The notes under the pieces were generated by a model. The model had not been told where the DNA came from and made no database searches. It saw only the letters and a list, made by a program, of their open reading frames with translations. Shown here piece by piece: positions 50,326 through 64,000 of a DNA stretch of 64,000 nt. The translations under genes were made by a program, and so were the position numbers. Each line of letters opens with the position of its first letter. Position 1 is the stretch's first letter. Source of the DNA: Monocercomonoides exilis PA203 (lineage: Eukaryota; Protista; Preaxostyla); NCBI GenBank assembly GCA_001643675.2, contig LSRY02000078.1:1-64000 (forward strand), in the 5' to 3' direction.

Positions 50326-52356
50326 GCTAAAAAAATGAATAATTTTATTTGAATTAATAAATAAAACATTCAAATAAAAGCTGAATGAAAACATTTTGAT
50401 ATGTATGTTTTTCATCTTTATCAAACTTGTGGAAGAAAACTATGCATCTATTAAAATTCCAGGCACATTCTGTGCAATGAAAAATTTCAATCAAATAAGA
50501 ATTTTATTTATCAACGAATCTCAATTTTTTGATGAAATTAAATCGGTAAAACCCTTGAACATTTATGGATCAACAATTGCTAAATAGTTCAAGCAATAAA
50601 ACCCTTTTCACATTGAAAAACTGATATTTTCACTATTTTCAAAATATTGAATATATTGTTTTTTGATCCAAATCGTTTTTTCTTGTAAAGATGTTTGTTT
50701 CGAACTAGCACACATTATTGTGAAATTTTTATTTTTTCCCCAGTATAATTGTGAAGGAAAGTTTATTGTTAAACTTTCATGGGTCAAATTATTGATCTGT
50801 GGTGACTTTTCAAAAAGAATGACCCATATATATAATTGTTGATTGTAAATTTTAAACATCTGAGTCACCTTTTAAAAAGTGGGCTCGCATCAGTTAGTGC
50901 CCGACACCGTTTTTTTTTTTTTTTTTTTTTTTTGACAAAAACAAACTTATTGATATTAATTATTTATTGAACACAAATAATCACCTAATATTTGAAACAT
51001 ATTTGATTGTTCAGAAAGATTGATTTTCTTCAAACAAACCTTAATTTAATCTTATTTTATTAAATTTCTATTAACGCTTTGACAGAAGCCATATAATTCA
51101 ATGCAAATGAATATCAATATTCTTCAATTCGTTTATCAATGTTTTTGAAGTTATGTTTTCATTTTCACATTTTTATAATTAATCATTTTTCAAAGGCTTA
51201 AAATCTAAGTGATTTTTCATGTTTAACAAGTTATTTCTGATCGTCAAAAATTATCTAAATTTTTATTTTGCATTTTTTTGCAATTCGTTAAAGAAAATTC
51301 TTTCCTTTTTATTTTACGATTGTTTATTTTCACAAATAAATATTTGTTTGATATGTTGTTCGGAAATAAATTGACTTGAGAGAATTAATTTCAATGAATA
51401 TGAATAAAAAAATTCTTTTATGAAAATGTTTAAAAACAATCTGATCTGAATTAAAAGTTCATTTCAATTTAAGTCTATTAAGTTTTTTATTTGTTTTTTT
51501 TTTTCATTTTTCCGTTACCCTTCTCCTTTGTGATAGTTTTTTCTTTGAACAAATAAAAAGTTAGTGAACGTCACAGCTATTCGCATGACATTTTTGATTT
51601 TCTTCATCCCTTTTTTAATTTGAATTTATCTTTATCTTTATCTTCATCTTTTGCAGTCTTTTCTTTCTCTTCTTCTTCTTCTTTTTCTTCTTCTTCCTCT
51701 TCTTCTTCTTCTTCCTCTTCTTCTTTTTCTTCTTCTTCTTCTTCTTCTTCTTTCTCCTTCAGCATTTAGAAGAAGTTGCATCCAGTTTATCAAAGGAAAT
51801 AGAAGAGCTGATAGCAGAGCCATTGAGTATGGAGCAAAGTGTATCGGCTGCTCAACAAAGACTGCTTTCGAGAAAGCAACAGCAACACGTTTGTGTCAAA
51901 TTAATCGTCTTTCTCTATTTCTTTTTTTAACTAATCCATGTCATATTTATTTTCTCCTTCTCTCTTTCTCTTTCTCTTTCTCTTTGTTTATATGTAATTA
52001 TATATAATTCTTTTTTTTCTTTCTCTCTTTGACCAATTTATTTCCATTTCTTCGTATTTGTGTTGCTTCAAAAAAACGTGTGTGTGAGTTTATTTATTAA
52101 TGAAAGTTTCAATGCATAACGCTTTCCTTCACAATGTTCTGTTGATTTCTCTCCTCTATTATAGTATTTTCTTCAATATTTCTATTTCTCTTCTCATCTT
52201 CTCATCTTCTCATCTTCTCTCTTCTCTCTTCTTCTCTTCTCTTCTCTATCTTTTCATCTCCTTTTCCTTTTCCTCTTCCTCTTCTCCTCCTCTCCTCACC
52301 TTCTCCTCCTCTCCTCACCTTCTCCTTCTCCTCCTTCTCCTTCTCCTCATCCCCAG

Positions 52357-53778
52357 CTACACTCAGCGCATCCCTACTGCACTCAGCCCTCTCCACCTCT
52401 CCAACGACACCACTGCTCCTGTTTCTGGTGTGAATTACGTTCCTCCTCCGCCTCCTCTTCCGCAGCGTGATTTTGTTCCTTCAGCGCCTTCACGGACAGA
52501 CCATGGGCAGAGGAAAGAGGAGAGAGGGAAATAGAAAGGAAGGGGAAGAAGGGAAGAAGGGGAAGAATAGGAAGGAAGAGAAGAGGATGAGTGAAGAAGG
52601 AGGAAGAAGAGGAAGAAGAAGAAGTGGAGGAGAGGAGAGGAGGAGAAATGGAGCTTGGGAATGGAGATTGAGAAAGAAATTTGAATTTTGATGAAGAAAG
52701 AAGAGGAGAAGGATATTATGATGATGAGGAAGAGGAAAAAGAAAATAAAGATGACTTGATTTTGCTTAGTGAAATGGAAAACAGAGAAAATAGCAGATTT
52801 GGAGAAGAAGCAGAAGAAGCAGAAGAGGGAGAAGAGGGAGAAGAGGAAGAGAATAGAAATAGAGAGAGTGAGAATAGATCTGGGAAGAAGAAAAAGAGGA
52901 AGGAGAAGGTAGAAAGAATGAGAATAAAAAGGAAATGAAATTTTTCATTGAAAATTCCTTTTCTGAGTCAATTCATTTCACCAACACTCAAAAACCCTTC
53001 ACATCTATCAACACAGCCAGCATCTATCAGAAGCATATCAAATGCATTCGCTTCACTTTCTTCTTCTTCTTCTTTAACAGAATAGTGTGCTGCTTCACAT
53101 TTTCTTTCAATGTCGCATTCTTCTTTATCCTCATCCTCATCCAAAAGCCGTTCAGTACTCCGTGAAAGGCCTCTTGTTCTGCAGTCGTCGCGTACCACGG
53201 CTGCCTTGCTTTATCCGTGTCTCCCATCAAATGATGTGAAAATGTTGAGAGGAGTGACATCGCTTCTCTGGTCTATGAAGGCTGCTCTTTCTTCGCTTTC
53301 TCTGCTTGGTGAAGACAACAACAGCAGCAGCAATGGAAGAAGCAGAAGTGATAGAAACAATAGAATCACCGATTATCCTCTTTTTGCAGATGAAGATGGA
53401 AACACAGCCAGACTCGATTGTCTTCTGCCATCTTCTGCTTCCTCGAAGCACTTGGCAATGCTGACAAAAGCTAGCACAGGAAGATTGTTTGTTTCACCAG
53501 GCAAAGCAGAGGGACAGGCACATTCTCATTCGCAATCACAATCTAATTCACAATCACAGACACAGAATCGCGCACAGTCAACGATGTTCTCTCTGAAGAA
53601 GACGGAAGAGTCGTTCACCTCCTCAATGTTTGCGAGAGAAGTGACCAGCTGCAAGATTCAGCTTCTATGTGCGACTGTTCTTCCGTTTGACCCGTTTCTG
53701 TCGCGCGTGATGGAATTGATGGATGGGAAGCATGTGCAGTGTGCCACACAAATCATATGTTATTCGATATTCCTCTAA
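52357..53778 (+). pseudogene. Mirror copy of the 19183-20620 fragment
   Basis: Reverse-complement duplicate; includes the 222-aa ORF 53110-53778. Confidence 0.35.
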
Positions 53779-56625
53779 AAATTCCAGTTATCTTCTTCAG
53801 ATGCAAACCTTTTTGTCTTCATCAAGTTCTTAGGCTTATTCTTTAAACACAGATTCATATGATCATTTGAAGAGAATCCCAAAAACACAATGCATAACAA
53901 AGCATTCCATCATCCGTTCAGCAGCTGACGTTGAAGACTCTCAGCTCAGTTGTTCCAATCAAAAAGGCAGAGCCAGATCATCTTCGGTCCCTTTGCTCAA
54001 AAAATCTTTATCAACAGCAAGTACTTCTTCTTCTTCTTCCACAGAATCCTAATCTCCCATCCACATCTCCCACCCAAACAGCATCCGCTCCTTTTTCGCC
54101 ACTGCCCCCAGACTTACTTCCCGCACATACGTATTCTTCCACCACCGCGTCTCGTTCTTGCTGAACCCCAACAGCTTCACCTCCACTTCCGTGCTCCCCG
54201 AGCTCTCCCCACATACATAAACTCTCATCACCCACAAAACTCCGAGCGCAAGCACACTGAAGTTGTTCATCCTGATACTGCTTAGCTGTTCAACTTCAGT
54301 CACTTCGCAGCTCAAAGATCCGCTGCCATAGCTCCGCCTCCCCTGCTTTCAGGCTCTCCAATATTCAATGGATTCACTCTCACAAACTTGCATGTCATTT
54401 GAACCACCTTATTCACTGTCTCAGAAAGCATATTCGCTTCATTCTGCAGCACGACGTAAGTATTACTAACCAGCAGCTCCAAGCCTGTGGCATGCAAAAG
54501 TTAAAACTCTTCTTCATCGCATGACTCTGTTTCCACCTCTGCCTCCAAACAATTAAACACTATACAACTGTCCTCCACATCCAGCGCCCCGCCTCCCACC
54601 AAAAACGCATTCTCTGCTCCATCTCCATGTAGGTTCGATACTATTCTCCTCAAATCACATATTTCGCCTTTTCTTTTTGCTTCAGCTCATTCAATATTCA
54701 GTTAATTAACTTCAATTTTCTGTCAATACAAAAACAACATTTATAATTTGTTCTATATTTCAGCTTTTTATTAAGGTCGAGAGATAAAGGAAAGAAAATA
54801 AATAAGTGACAAACAAAATGATCGATTCAACAGATTCAAAACTGAAAAAATTTATTTCCATGAGATATTAAAGACGAAGAAGAGCATTGAGTGTTCTGTC
54901 TGAAATATTGTGGTGATGATCTCCAATTATTACACAGCAATTTGAAAATATTCTCTCATATTATGATTCACAGCAAGGAGATATTGTTATGCTGAAAACA
55001 ATGTTAGGAAATATTGAATATGTTTCTCTGTTATTACTTTAATCTTAATAAAAATTGTAACCATTTTATTCAATGACTTCATCTTTCTCTTTTATAAGTG
55101 ATAATTCTTGAAAAAACTTCATGCATTGAGACTTAATTCTATTGTGCCTTTCGAACATCATGTGATCAAATAAAACTCAAAAACTTGCCACAATCTCTCC
55201 ACACCAATCAAAAAATGTGTTATCCCAAAGTGTTTTCGATGTTTTATTTATCAAATAAATATTGCACACTTCAATTCTTCTGAATCGAGTATCATTGCAA
55301 ATGAAATCCACATCACTATCGCTTTCGCTTTCACTTTCATTGTCTTCTTCATTGTTCGCTGATTCTTTTGCATTTCTTGAATTATCTTCTTCAGATTGTG
55401 TTTTTTTTTGGTAATGTCTATTAACAAACTATCCAACACTTCATCACACTGAGCAGTTTTTCTTGTCAAGTTGCAATTGACAAGATCCGCTTGATTGCTT
55501 TCATGTTGAAATTCGTCATCCTTTTCTTATTCTTCTGCTAGAATCAATCCAAACAAACATAGTTCATCAAAATAATCGATTTCGTATTGTTCTTCAAATT
55601 CTTTTGTTTTCTCTTGAGGATTCGAATCAAGAGTTGATATGTGATCATATGAATTTTGAAGTTTTGAGTTTGAGAACTCAATATTCAGAGCTTTTGTGCA
55701 ATTTATTTCAACAGAAAGAAAAGTGATATTCCTATGAGCAACAATGTTGTTAAAAGAAAGAGCAAGTTCTTCTGTCAATGTTGAAACAGAAGAGCTATAA
55801 CTTGGCTTCGAATTAACCGAACGTATTAAATAATTTGACTTCTATGAAAATAACAATGAGATCTGATTATTCAAAATTAGATCACATTCGTGATTAAAAA
55901 TCAAAGAGTAGTCCTTACAATACATCAATCCACAAACAACACAATCTTTTGACATGGACACATCAAAAGTCTGTTCAAATCCTTTTTCGAAGTTCTACCA
56001 TTAAACAAAGGAGCAAATGCAATAAACAATATACGATTAACGACGTCAAGAGTTGATTTGGAAATAACCAATTCTTTCTGCTTTGGATGAAAATAACATG
56101 TGATAAAATATTGCATTTCAAATAGATAAATTTCAAGAAAAAATAAATTAAATAATACAGTTTGTGTATTCACCGTATTCTTCTTTTTCGAGTTTGATCA
56201 TCTTTCACTTGTGTATGTTTAACATCTCCACAGTTTCTTATTATTGCTCACACTATTTTGATTAAAATCAATAAAATACTGTTGTTTAAAATATAAAAAA
56301 TTTAAAAACAATCCTCAAACGATTTCCGGATTATCCAATGAAAAGGCAAACACATGTGAGGCATCCATGATAAACAAATAAATAATAATTTCCAAATGCT
56401 TTCTTGACTTAAATTCCGACAGTGACCGGTAGTAACGAAAGTGCCGCGGTATTTACACCGCAAAAAAAGATCACGACTCAACCCAATGTTCATGAAAAAA
56501 TTGAAAATGAACAGTTGAAAAATCGATTATAATAATAATAAATTCCAAAGTTATCAAAAATTAATTGTAAATAAAATTTAATAATTGCCTGTGTTGACTT
56601 TTTTTGTCAAAAAATAATACTTTTA

Positions 56626-59600
56626 ATATGAGTGAAGTAATTTATTCCGTCACGTCACTTCACTCAAAAATGTTCACGTCAGAAGGCATGTGACGAAGAT
56701 GTTTAGTAAATTTATGTTTAAAACACTTTGATACCAAAATAAGGTCTATTAATTAGAAAAATAACGAACATTCAATTTCTTCTCTTCTCATTGAGAGAAA
56801 AACTTAATTTGTGGTTGTTGCTTTGCCCTTTGGACTTCTATCGAAAGAGCGGAAATCACATGTCTTGGATTCTCTTTTGGCTTGTGCCCTTGTGCGAATA
56901 ATGAAAATGTCATTTTCTTCTTCTTGTCTGTTCTGTTCAACATTCAATTCATCTCTTGTTCTATCATCGTCTCCTAGAGTTTGCAACTTCTTTCCTTTTG
57001 TCCTTTTCCTCCTGACAGTCTTCGTTTTCACCTCTTCCACTAACTTCTCCATGGAAGCATCCACTTCTTCACTCTTTAATTCCTCTTCTGAAAGAGTTCT
57101 TTCATTGGCTTGTTCTCTTTTGCTTCATCTTCAACACTTGCTTTTGGACATTCTTCGTTCTCCTCGTCAGTAAACTTTTGTTCTTTCATTGTTCCAACAA
57201 TAACTCGTGTTATTAACGATACAAAATTTATCCTGAAATAGTGCTAAACAAAAGTATTTATATTCTGTAAAACCCTTGCGTACTTGGCAAACTGTGAAGG
57301 AAGGATTCTTGCTATTGTTAATGGAGACAAGGTTGCTTCCTTAAAAGAGAACGGCTTGAATCCCTGAAAAACTCCTGTAAGCTTCATTGCCTTCGAAGCC
57401 AGCTTACGGATTCCGGATGCTGTTAGAGGTTAGAACGATGTGGAATTGTGCAAGTTTGTTGCTGTTCTGCTTATGTTTGACCAGGAAATACAACTCTTTT
57501 ATTGTTGAAGCTGGTCATTTTTATGGGAGTTCCGGAAGAAAATGAACTACAATCTCTGATCGTGTTTGTAATGTCTTTAATGCTGCATCCAAATAGACAC
57601 GCTCTTCTTCTTCCCGAGAGTCCTCCATGCTTATCCTCTCCAGTTTTGAAAATCTGCAACAGAGAAGAACATTGTCAACGTTATGAATTTCATTGTTCCT
57701 TCTTTGAAAGATAACAAATTGTTAGTGCCTAACTCAGTGTAGTATTTTAACAAAACATTCGGATTCATAATGTCAGGCGCAAGTTTCTTCATCGACTTGT
57801 CTGTTAAACGAAAGACACGAAACAGAATCCGAATGATTGCAATGTCTCCCCAAACGGTTTTAAAAACAAGAACTGAGTAAAAAAATTCAGCGGCTCTCAC
57901 CATCTGTATAACTGAAACCTTGAATCCTCTATTCTTCATCGTTAAAAATACATCCGCACATTTGACGGTCCAGTCCGGTGAGTTGTCTGGAATATGTCCA
58001 TGGGCACACTTCTTCCATTGGTCTGAAAAGTGCGGAAAATAGAATAAATATCCATCCCATGTTGTCCTTGCAATTCCAGCCTTGCACTCCTCTGCGAGCT
58101 CCAAGGGGATATTTCTTTCATGAAGCGCGTGCATCCACCAGGCTTCTCCTCTCTCCTTAATGGATTCAGCAGGATCACTTTCATTTTCCATGGATGGAAA
58201 CAGGCTCCCGTTTTCTTCATCTATGTCCACTCTCGAAGAATCTTGGAGCTGTAATTCAATTCCAAGCTGTAATAATTGCTCGTTTGAAGAAGGATGTCCC
58301 AATTCTGAACCTTCCAGCTCGGTAGGAGTGTGATCGCTTGAACTTTCTCCATCTGAGCCTTTCGTATGACCTTCGGAATCAGAGGAATCGGAGTATGGAC
58401 CAGAACAAACCCATAGCTCCACGGAACTGTCAATCCGTCTTTGTCAATAGGACTGCCCATACCGCACCATCTTTTCACTTTGTGATTATGTGTCAAAGCA
58501 AAAGCATCGAAAGTCGGTCTCACTTTCCATCGAGCAAGTATTTGTCTGAGTAAATTGTCTCCGATCTCGTTGTTCCATTCCCTTTCCAGCCGAGATAGTT
58601 AATCTGATATGTGATTCTTCCTTCCTGGAAGATGTTGTGCTCTCATTCACAAATTCCTCGCTTCTGTCCAGTTCCTTATCTTGTGAAAAACTGGTCGAAG
58701 ATTCTTACTCGCGTTACAACGATTCACATTGAAAACTACTGAACTGTTGTCTGATCGGAGTTGCAGATGGGATATTTTGTTGTGCTAAATTGTCTGTGAA
58801 AAATGAAGAAGGGAAACAAAACAGCTGACAGTTCACTGAAGTTGGACGAATGGCGATGGTCATAATTGGAGAACCTGACATGCCAGTCCAAAAGATTGTT
58901 GTTCATTCTGAAAGTTTCACCCCATGCTCGTTCGGCTGCATCTGTTGTCAGAACAGCTTGAGGAATGAAAACGAGAACAAATTCCCGATTTCTGGTTTAT
59001 CTCAATATCCTCCTCCATTCTCTGATCTCCTTGAGGACTGATGAATTCATCCTCATCATCTTCTTCCATCCGATCGCTCTGACACTCTTTTGGAGTTAGT
59101 GATGCAAAGTTACGAGATGGAGGGATGCGTCTGGAATGATAAAACGAGCTGTGTTATACTTCCCAATAGCTGACGCCCAGTCTTTCACACGAATCTGTTT
59201 GGCTTTTATGAATATTTTTCCCAACGTCTCAGCAGCTCTTGGAGAGAAGAACGCTTTTCCTCAATCAATTGTACTGTAAATTTTTTTGTGTTCTAAAGGA
59301 ACCTCAAGAACACAAACTTCTGTGTTGGTTTCGGATGACATTTCTCTTTGTTGATGAGCAATCCCAGTCTATTTTAAAACAGAGTCACTTCTTCTGTAAT
59401 TTTCTTCAGAAAGCTTCAGTCTTGGTGCAACAGAATAAGATCGTCCAAGTGAGAATCCACTCTGACTTTCCATTTTTCCTTTATCGCTGCTGTCACTTTC
59501 CTCATTATCTTTGTGAAAAACCGAGGTGTGTCTGTTAACCCGAAAAGAATTCCTTCGAAAACATAGTCTTGTTCTTCGAACTGAAAAGAAAGAAACGGCT

Positions 59601-60981
59601 TCAGGTCTTCGGATGTTGGTTTTTAGTGAAACGACTGGGAAAGATCCAACGTTAACGCAAAGTCCCTCTTTTCTTTCAAACGTTCCACATTCCGTTCGTT
59701 TTAACATTTGAAATGCCACTTTTTCATTGCAGCATTCAAATAACTGCAATCCAGGATTTGGCGCCATGTGCATGACTTCTTCATGAAAAGAAAAACATTC
59801 TGACAAAAATGACCTGTTCTGGAGGTATTGCGCTGACGATGATTGTCTCCAGCTGTTCTTTTAACACGTTTCTGATATCCAATAGTTGTTCCATGCTCAT
59901 ATCCGTTGTTCCGTCCTCCCATGATTTCTTCCTCAGTGCTTCCTTTGTTTTTTTGTTTGTTCATGCATCATGTGCACGCAGTCTTTTAAAGCTTCTTATT
60001 TTGATCTTGTCCCATTCCTCCAAAACTGCTCTGTCCTGCTTCCAATCCTCTATTAGGTTTCCATCAATATTTCATGTCTCCCTCGGAACGTCTTGAAGCA
60101 TCCATCTTCCAAGTTTCTCCTGCTCTTCTCTGGGAGTTACTGAAGCAATACTGACTGCCTGACGTCCGGGGCCACCTCCGAAAAACTGTCTTTCGCAGAA
60201 ACTTCTTGACAGCTCCTCTCGATGTGTTGCACTGTGATAATTATCTGTTTTTCTTTCCAATTTTCTTTCAAATGCGACTCTTTGAATTTGTTTCAATACC
60301 ATTCTTGTCTCTTCCAGTATATCCCGATGTCTCTTTGTTAGCAGTCCTCAAGTGACTTCGCCCTCCATTTTCTTGCTGCTGAAAAACCAAATTATCCATG
60401 AATTCGTTCTCTTCTTGCCTCCTGCATTGCTTGTGCTCCCAGAATCAACGCTTCTCTTGCAACTTCCTCAGCAGAATTGGCCTTCCTCATTATATTCTGA
60501 ATCGATCATAAAATGGCTATGAAGGCACGGAACAGATATCTCTCATCTTGTTCCCTGGCTTTATCCAATGTATCTCTATACAAATATTCAGTTCAAACAT
60601 CTGCTAAAGGAGATGCTTGTAATACCGGGCTGAAATCCTGTTCATTGTAACATGTTGCAATATCTTCCACAATTGACTTCGGAATTCTGACATCAAACAG
60701 AGAGATTGTCTGCTCAGCATCAAAAACGGATTTATATAACACAACGATTGCTTGAGAATTTGATTCATCTGTCAAGCTGGGGAAAGGGAGTAGTTCTGAT
60801 CCTTCCTGTGCAAAAACTCGAAGAAACTGTTGGAATCTATGCACTTCTTCCTAGGGAACTCGTTAGCACACTCATCTGCCCACAAGTTCCAGTTGAAGAT
60901 GAAAGCACAGCTTGCAATGGAGTTTGTGGGGTGAATATCATTTTTGATCACAGAAGTGACATGTCACATTAAGTGACATCT
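56626..60981 (-). mobile_element. Mirror copy of the degenerate DIRS retrotransposon
   Basis: Reverse-complement duplicate. The YR ORF reads further here (57631-58422), because a frameshift near 15120 is absent. Confidence 0.9.
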
Positions 60982-61559
60982 CTCAATATGAAGAGAAGAA
61001 TTTGAATAAAGGTTTATTTGTCAAATAAAATTTAACACATTTAAAATTTATTGATAAAAGTTATTTTATGAAAATTACGAGAAAAATTGTTTAAAAATAT
61101 GAAAAGATATCCGAAAATTTCTGCTTTTGTTCCTTTAAAAGCTCACAACTATTATGACCTCATCTTTCTCATCACCTATCCTTTTTTGTATTGCATAAAG
61201 TGCTTGACGAACATTCCATTCAACTTTTTTTCTGAATCTTCTTATCTGTGCTATTTCTACCTCTTCGCAAATCACTTTGAAAGCTGGACAGATATGTGAC
61301 TTTGTTCCTTTGAATACTTCAATATCTTTGCTTGGTTCAGTTTCAATTCTGATTGAGGATGCAAGGATGACTTTGGAAAGTGGAGATGATAATTTTCTTG
61401 CTGATAACAATCGGCTTTTGGAGGGTTGTTCTGTGCGAGTTCGAAACCCTTGGCAAAGTGTCGAGCAATGTTTTCACAGATAAAGTGCACCGGAAGCAGC
61501 AGCGTGGTGGAGTGCAGTGTGTGTGTGATTGGGGTTGGGGAGAAGGGGAGCTGAGATGG

Positions 61560-63125
61560 GGGATGTGTAAAGATCGCAGCGATGCAGAGGAGGCTAGCGA
61601 GGCCAGACACAGACCCATGGCTTGGGTTACGGTGTGTTCTTGGGGAGGCTGATGTCTCCAGGCAGTTTGCCCTCGAGCACGTGGTGTTGGCTGTGGTTGA
61701 TACAGCCCATTTCAACTGGAACATGCCCAGCGCCGATATCAGTTCGCTCGACGAGCTCAGCGGATTCGAGCTGCTCCCTGCCCGACCATCCCTCGCGCCC
61801 TTTCCCTCAGACTCACTCCACCTCCCTCTCTCATTTTCAACCTCCACTTCACCTCCCACTCCTCCCACCAGCCCCAACCTCGATGTCGACCTCCTCCCCT
61901 TCATCACATCCTACCGCGCCTACTAAATGTTCATCGATCAGGACACCGGCTTTTCTGCTCGCCAGGTCAGCTACCTGCTTTACCCCTGCGACTTCATCTC
62001 CATAACTGTGTTATACATCAACCGCTCAATAGAAAAATACCTCTGGATCAGCCCACTCTTCCCTCTTCTTCCTCCTCGACGGATAACTAGCTGTGTACTC
62101 CTTCCTCTTTTCCGCGGTTTACCAGCTCGTCCACCTCAACTCCACCCACCTTTGTTCTTGCCGAGGAACCCTTTGCCTCTCCAATATGTATGTCCATTCC
62201 CTCCCCCATCACCTGCCCTGCTCATCATGCTCTCGCTGCTTCCTCCCTCTTCTTCTCCGACGCCAACTTCTCCGCCCTCAATGTTGCCTCGCCTGTGCTC
62301 CTGTTCGACGATTACATCAGAAACTTTATTGAGCATCACATCACCATGGATCTCTCCGTTGGAGGTTTCAGCGTTGTTATTCTCATCTCACTGTGTTTAA
62401 TCAGTCAATAAGCTTCTTCACTATGATGCATTCCATCTTCACTGCCATCTCGCAAACTGCACCATCTCCCAGAGAGGAGCTCCCTCTGCTCTTGGGCTTG
62501 CAACCTTGTTCTCCCATTGCTCTTCACTCACGCTCGATGCCTGCTCAATTAATGGAGGTGCTCCCCAGCCATCACAAACTTCCGCCAGCAACTCCTTATA
62601 CGGCTGCAGCAACAGCGCAGAGTGACCATTGAGCCAGATGCATCAGATGTTCAATATGGACAAGAGGCACAAGAGAGTGTCTGCGAATGGAATACCTCTC
62701 TCATCCACTGCCAGAGCATCACCACTGTCCTCAAAGACACAAACATCTCTGGCGCACAGCTGGGCGCATTCTTTGCAGCTGCCAGCAGCATCCGTGTCGA
62801 CCGCTACGGGTTCGCCAACAACAGCCCCTCCATGCCCTCCCTCTGGCCTGGCGACGCTTTCCTCCCTGTCTCCTCCTTGTGGCTCCTCAACCGCAGATGC
62901 ACCCTCCACGGCATCCCCTCTCACAACTCTTCTCTGCTTTTCATTTCTGAGCTTGACTGCGTGCAAGCCAACCACACACCTGACACCATGGCTCTCACGT
63001 TCAGCGGATTGCTCCTCGCTCCCTGCAATCTGTCGTTAGCTGTTGGAAAGAGAAACAGCGAAGAAAAGAAGGTTGATAGGAACAAGTCTAATGCAAATGG
63101 ATCATTGTCAGAAGGAGAATCTTAA
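61560..63125 (+). pseudogene. Mirror copy of the 9830-11400 family fragment
   Basis: Reverse-complement duplicate with the same in-frame TAA at 61924-61926. Confidence 0.45.
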
Positions 63126-64000
63126 GGAAGAGTGGAAAAAGATTTCATCAGCAGCTGTGGAAGTGGATAGAAGTGAGTGAATGCATATTATTTGGAAAGA
63201 TAAAATAATCTTCATCAATACTTTTATTCATTCAACTCAATCTTTCCTCATTAATCTATTAAAATTATAACATATTGCAAAACTTCTTTTATAAGCTGCT
63301 CTTTCCTCATTTTCAAATTTCACTTCCCTTTTTTCATGAAAATCATCCTTCCTCTGAAACTGTTCTTTTCAACAGCTGAATGTCAGGTATGCACGAAATA
63401 AGCTGCATCTTCACCTTCTTCATTATTAGTTCTTTTCACATTCTCCTTTTTCGTCGCTTCTGTCGAATCTTCTTCTTTGTCGTGCGATCTCCAATTCTTT
63501 TTGTATCCTGAATGCGAAAAAAGAATCATTTTGAAAATCAAAAATAATAATAACAAACCTCTCGAGAATGTTTGAAATCCATCTTCAGTGTTTTCCCTTC
63601 CAAACTTTAAACGTTCATCATTTTGGCGCTTCCCTATCGTATTCAATCGTTTTTCACAAGCAGATTCTTCAATAACCCTCTTTTTGGAGGTCTTTTCTTA
63701 TGCCTGGTTTTCTCAATCAACCACGCTGCTTTATTGATCTCTTTTCCTTTTTTAAAACTTTGATAATAATCATTTCTCTTCTTGCATCTTGGAATCTCTG
63801 TCAATTTTTCATTCCCAACGCTGTCTTTGGTTTTTTTACATAATTTCTCCACAAAGTATTTCACTCATAACATGTTTGTTCCTCTCTTCCTACTCTTTCT
63901 CTCTCTCTCTTCTTCCCCTTCTTCTTCCTCTCATTCATTCGTTCAGGTGTGATGCAACTGAAGGCTCCCTCAACCCGTATGCCCTGACACTCACAGTCGG

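Overview
AT-rich eukaryotic DNA. Low-complexity Ser/Glu-rich ORFs, a DIRS retroelement and fragments of a repeated 'TIFVS...CG....PC' protein family resemble oxymonad (Monocercomonoides-like) genomes; this is an inference. Most of the window is one giant inverted duplication: 8956-36447 is mirrored by 36498-64000 around a 50-nt spacer. The arms differ mostly by homopolymer indels, so a fold-back or assembly artefact is a real possibility. The unmirrored left 9 kb holds the most novel material: a 2-kb (TCA/CAT)n tract leading into an 824-aa ORF that fuses a USP/C19 deubiquitinase domain to a Sola-type DDD transposase. Immediately downstream are a ~140-nt GC-rich structured element (G-U-rich stems, cUUCGg tetraloop) and repeated TGTCCC motifs. 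A TA-flanked pogo/Tigger-type MITE lies at 7217-7663. Each arm carries a decayed DIRS retrotransposon (RT, RNase H, adenine MTase-like, tyrosine recombinase), a ~780-aa P-loop GTPase/coiled-coil gene that can be rebuilt by combining both arms, several pseudogene fragments, a fold-back repeat family and microsatellites. I found no tRNA, rRNA or CRISPR array.
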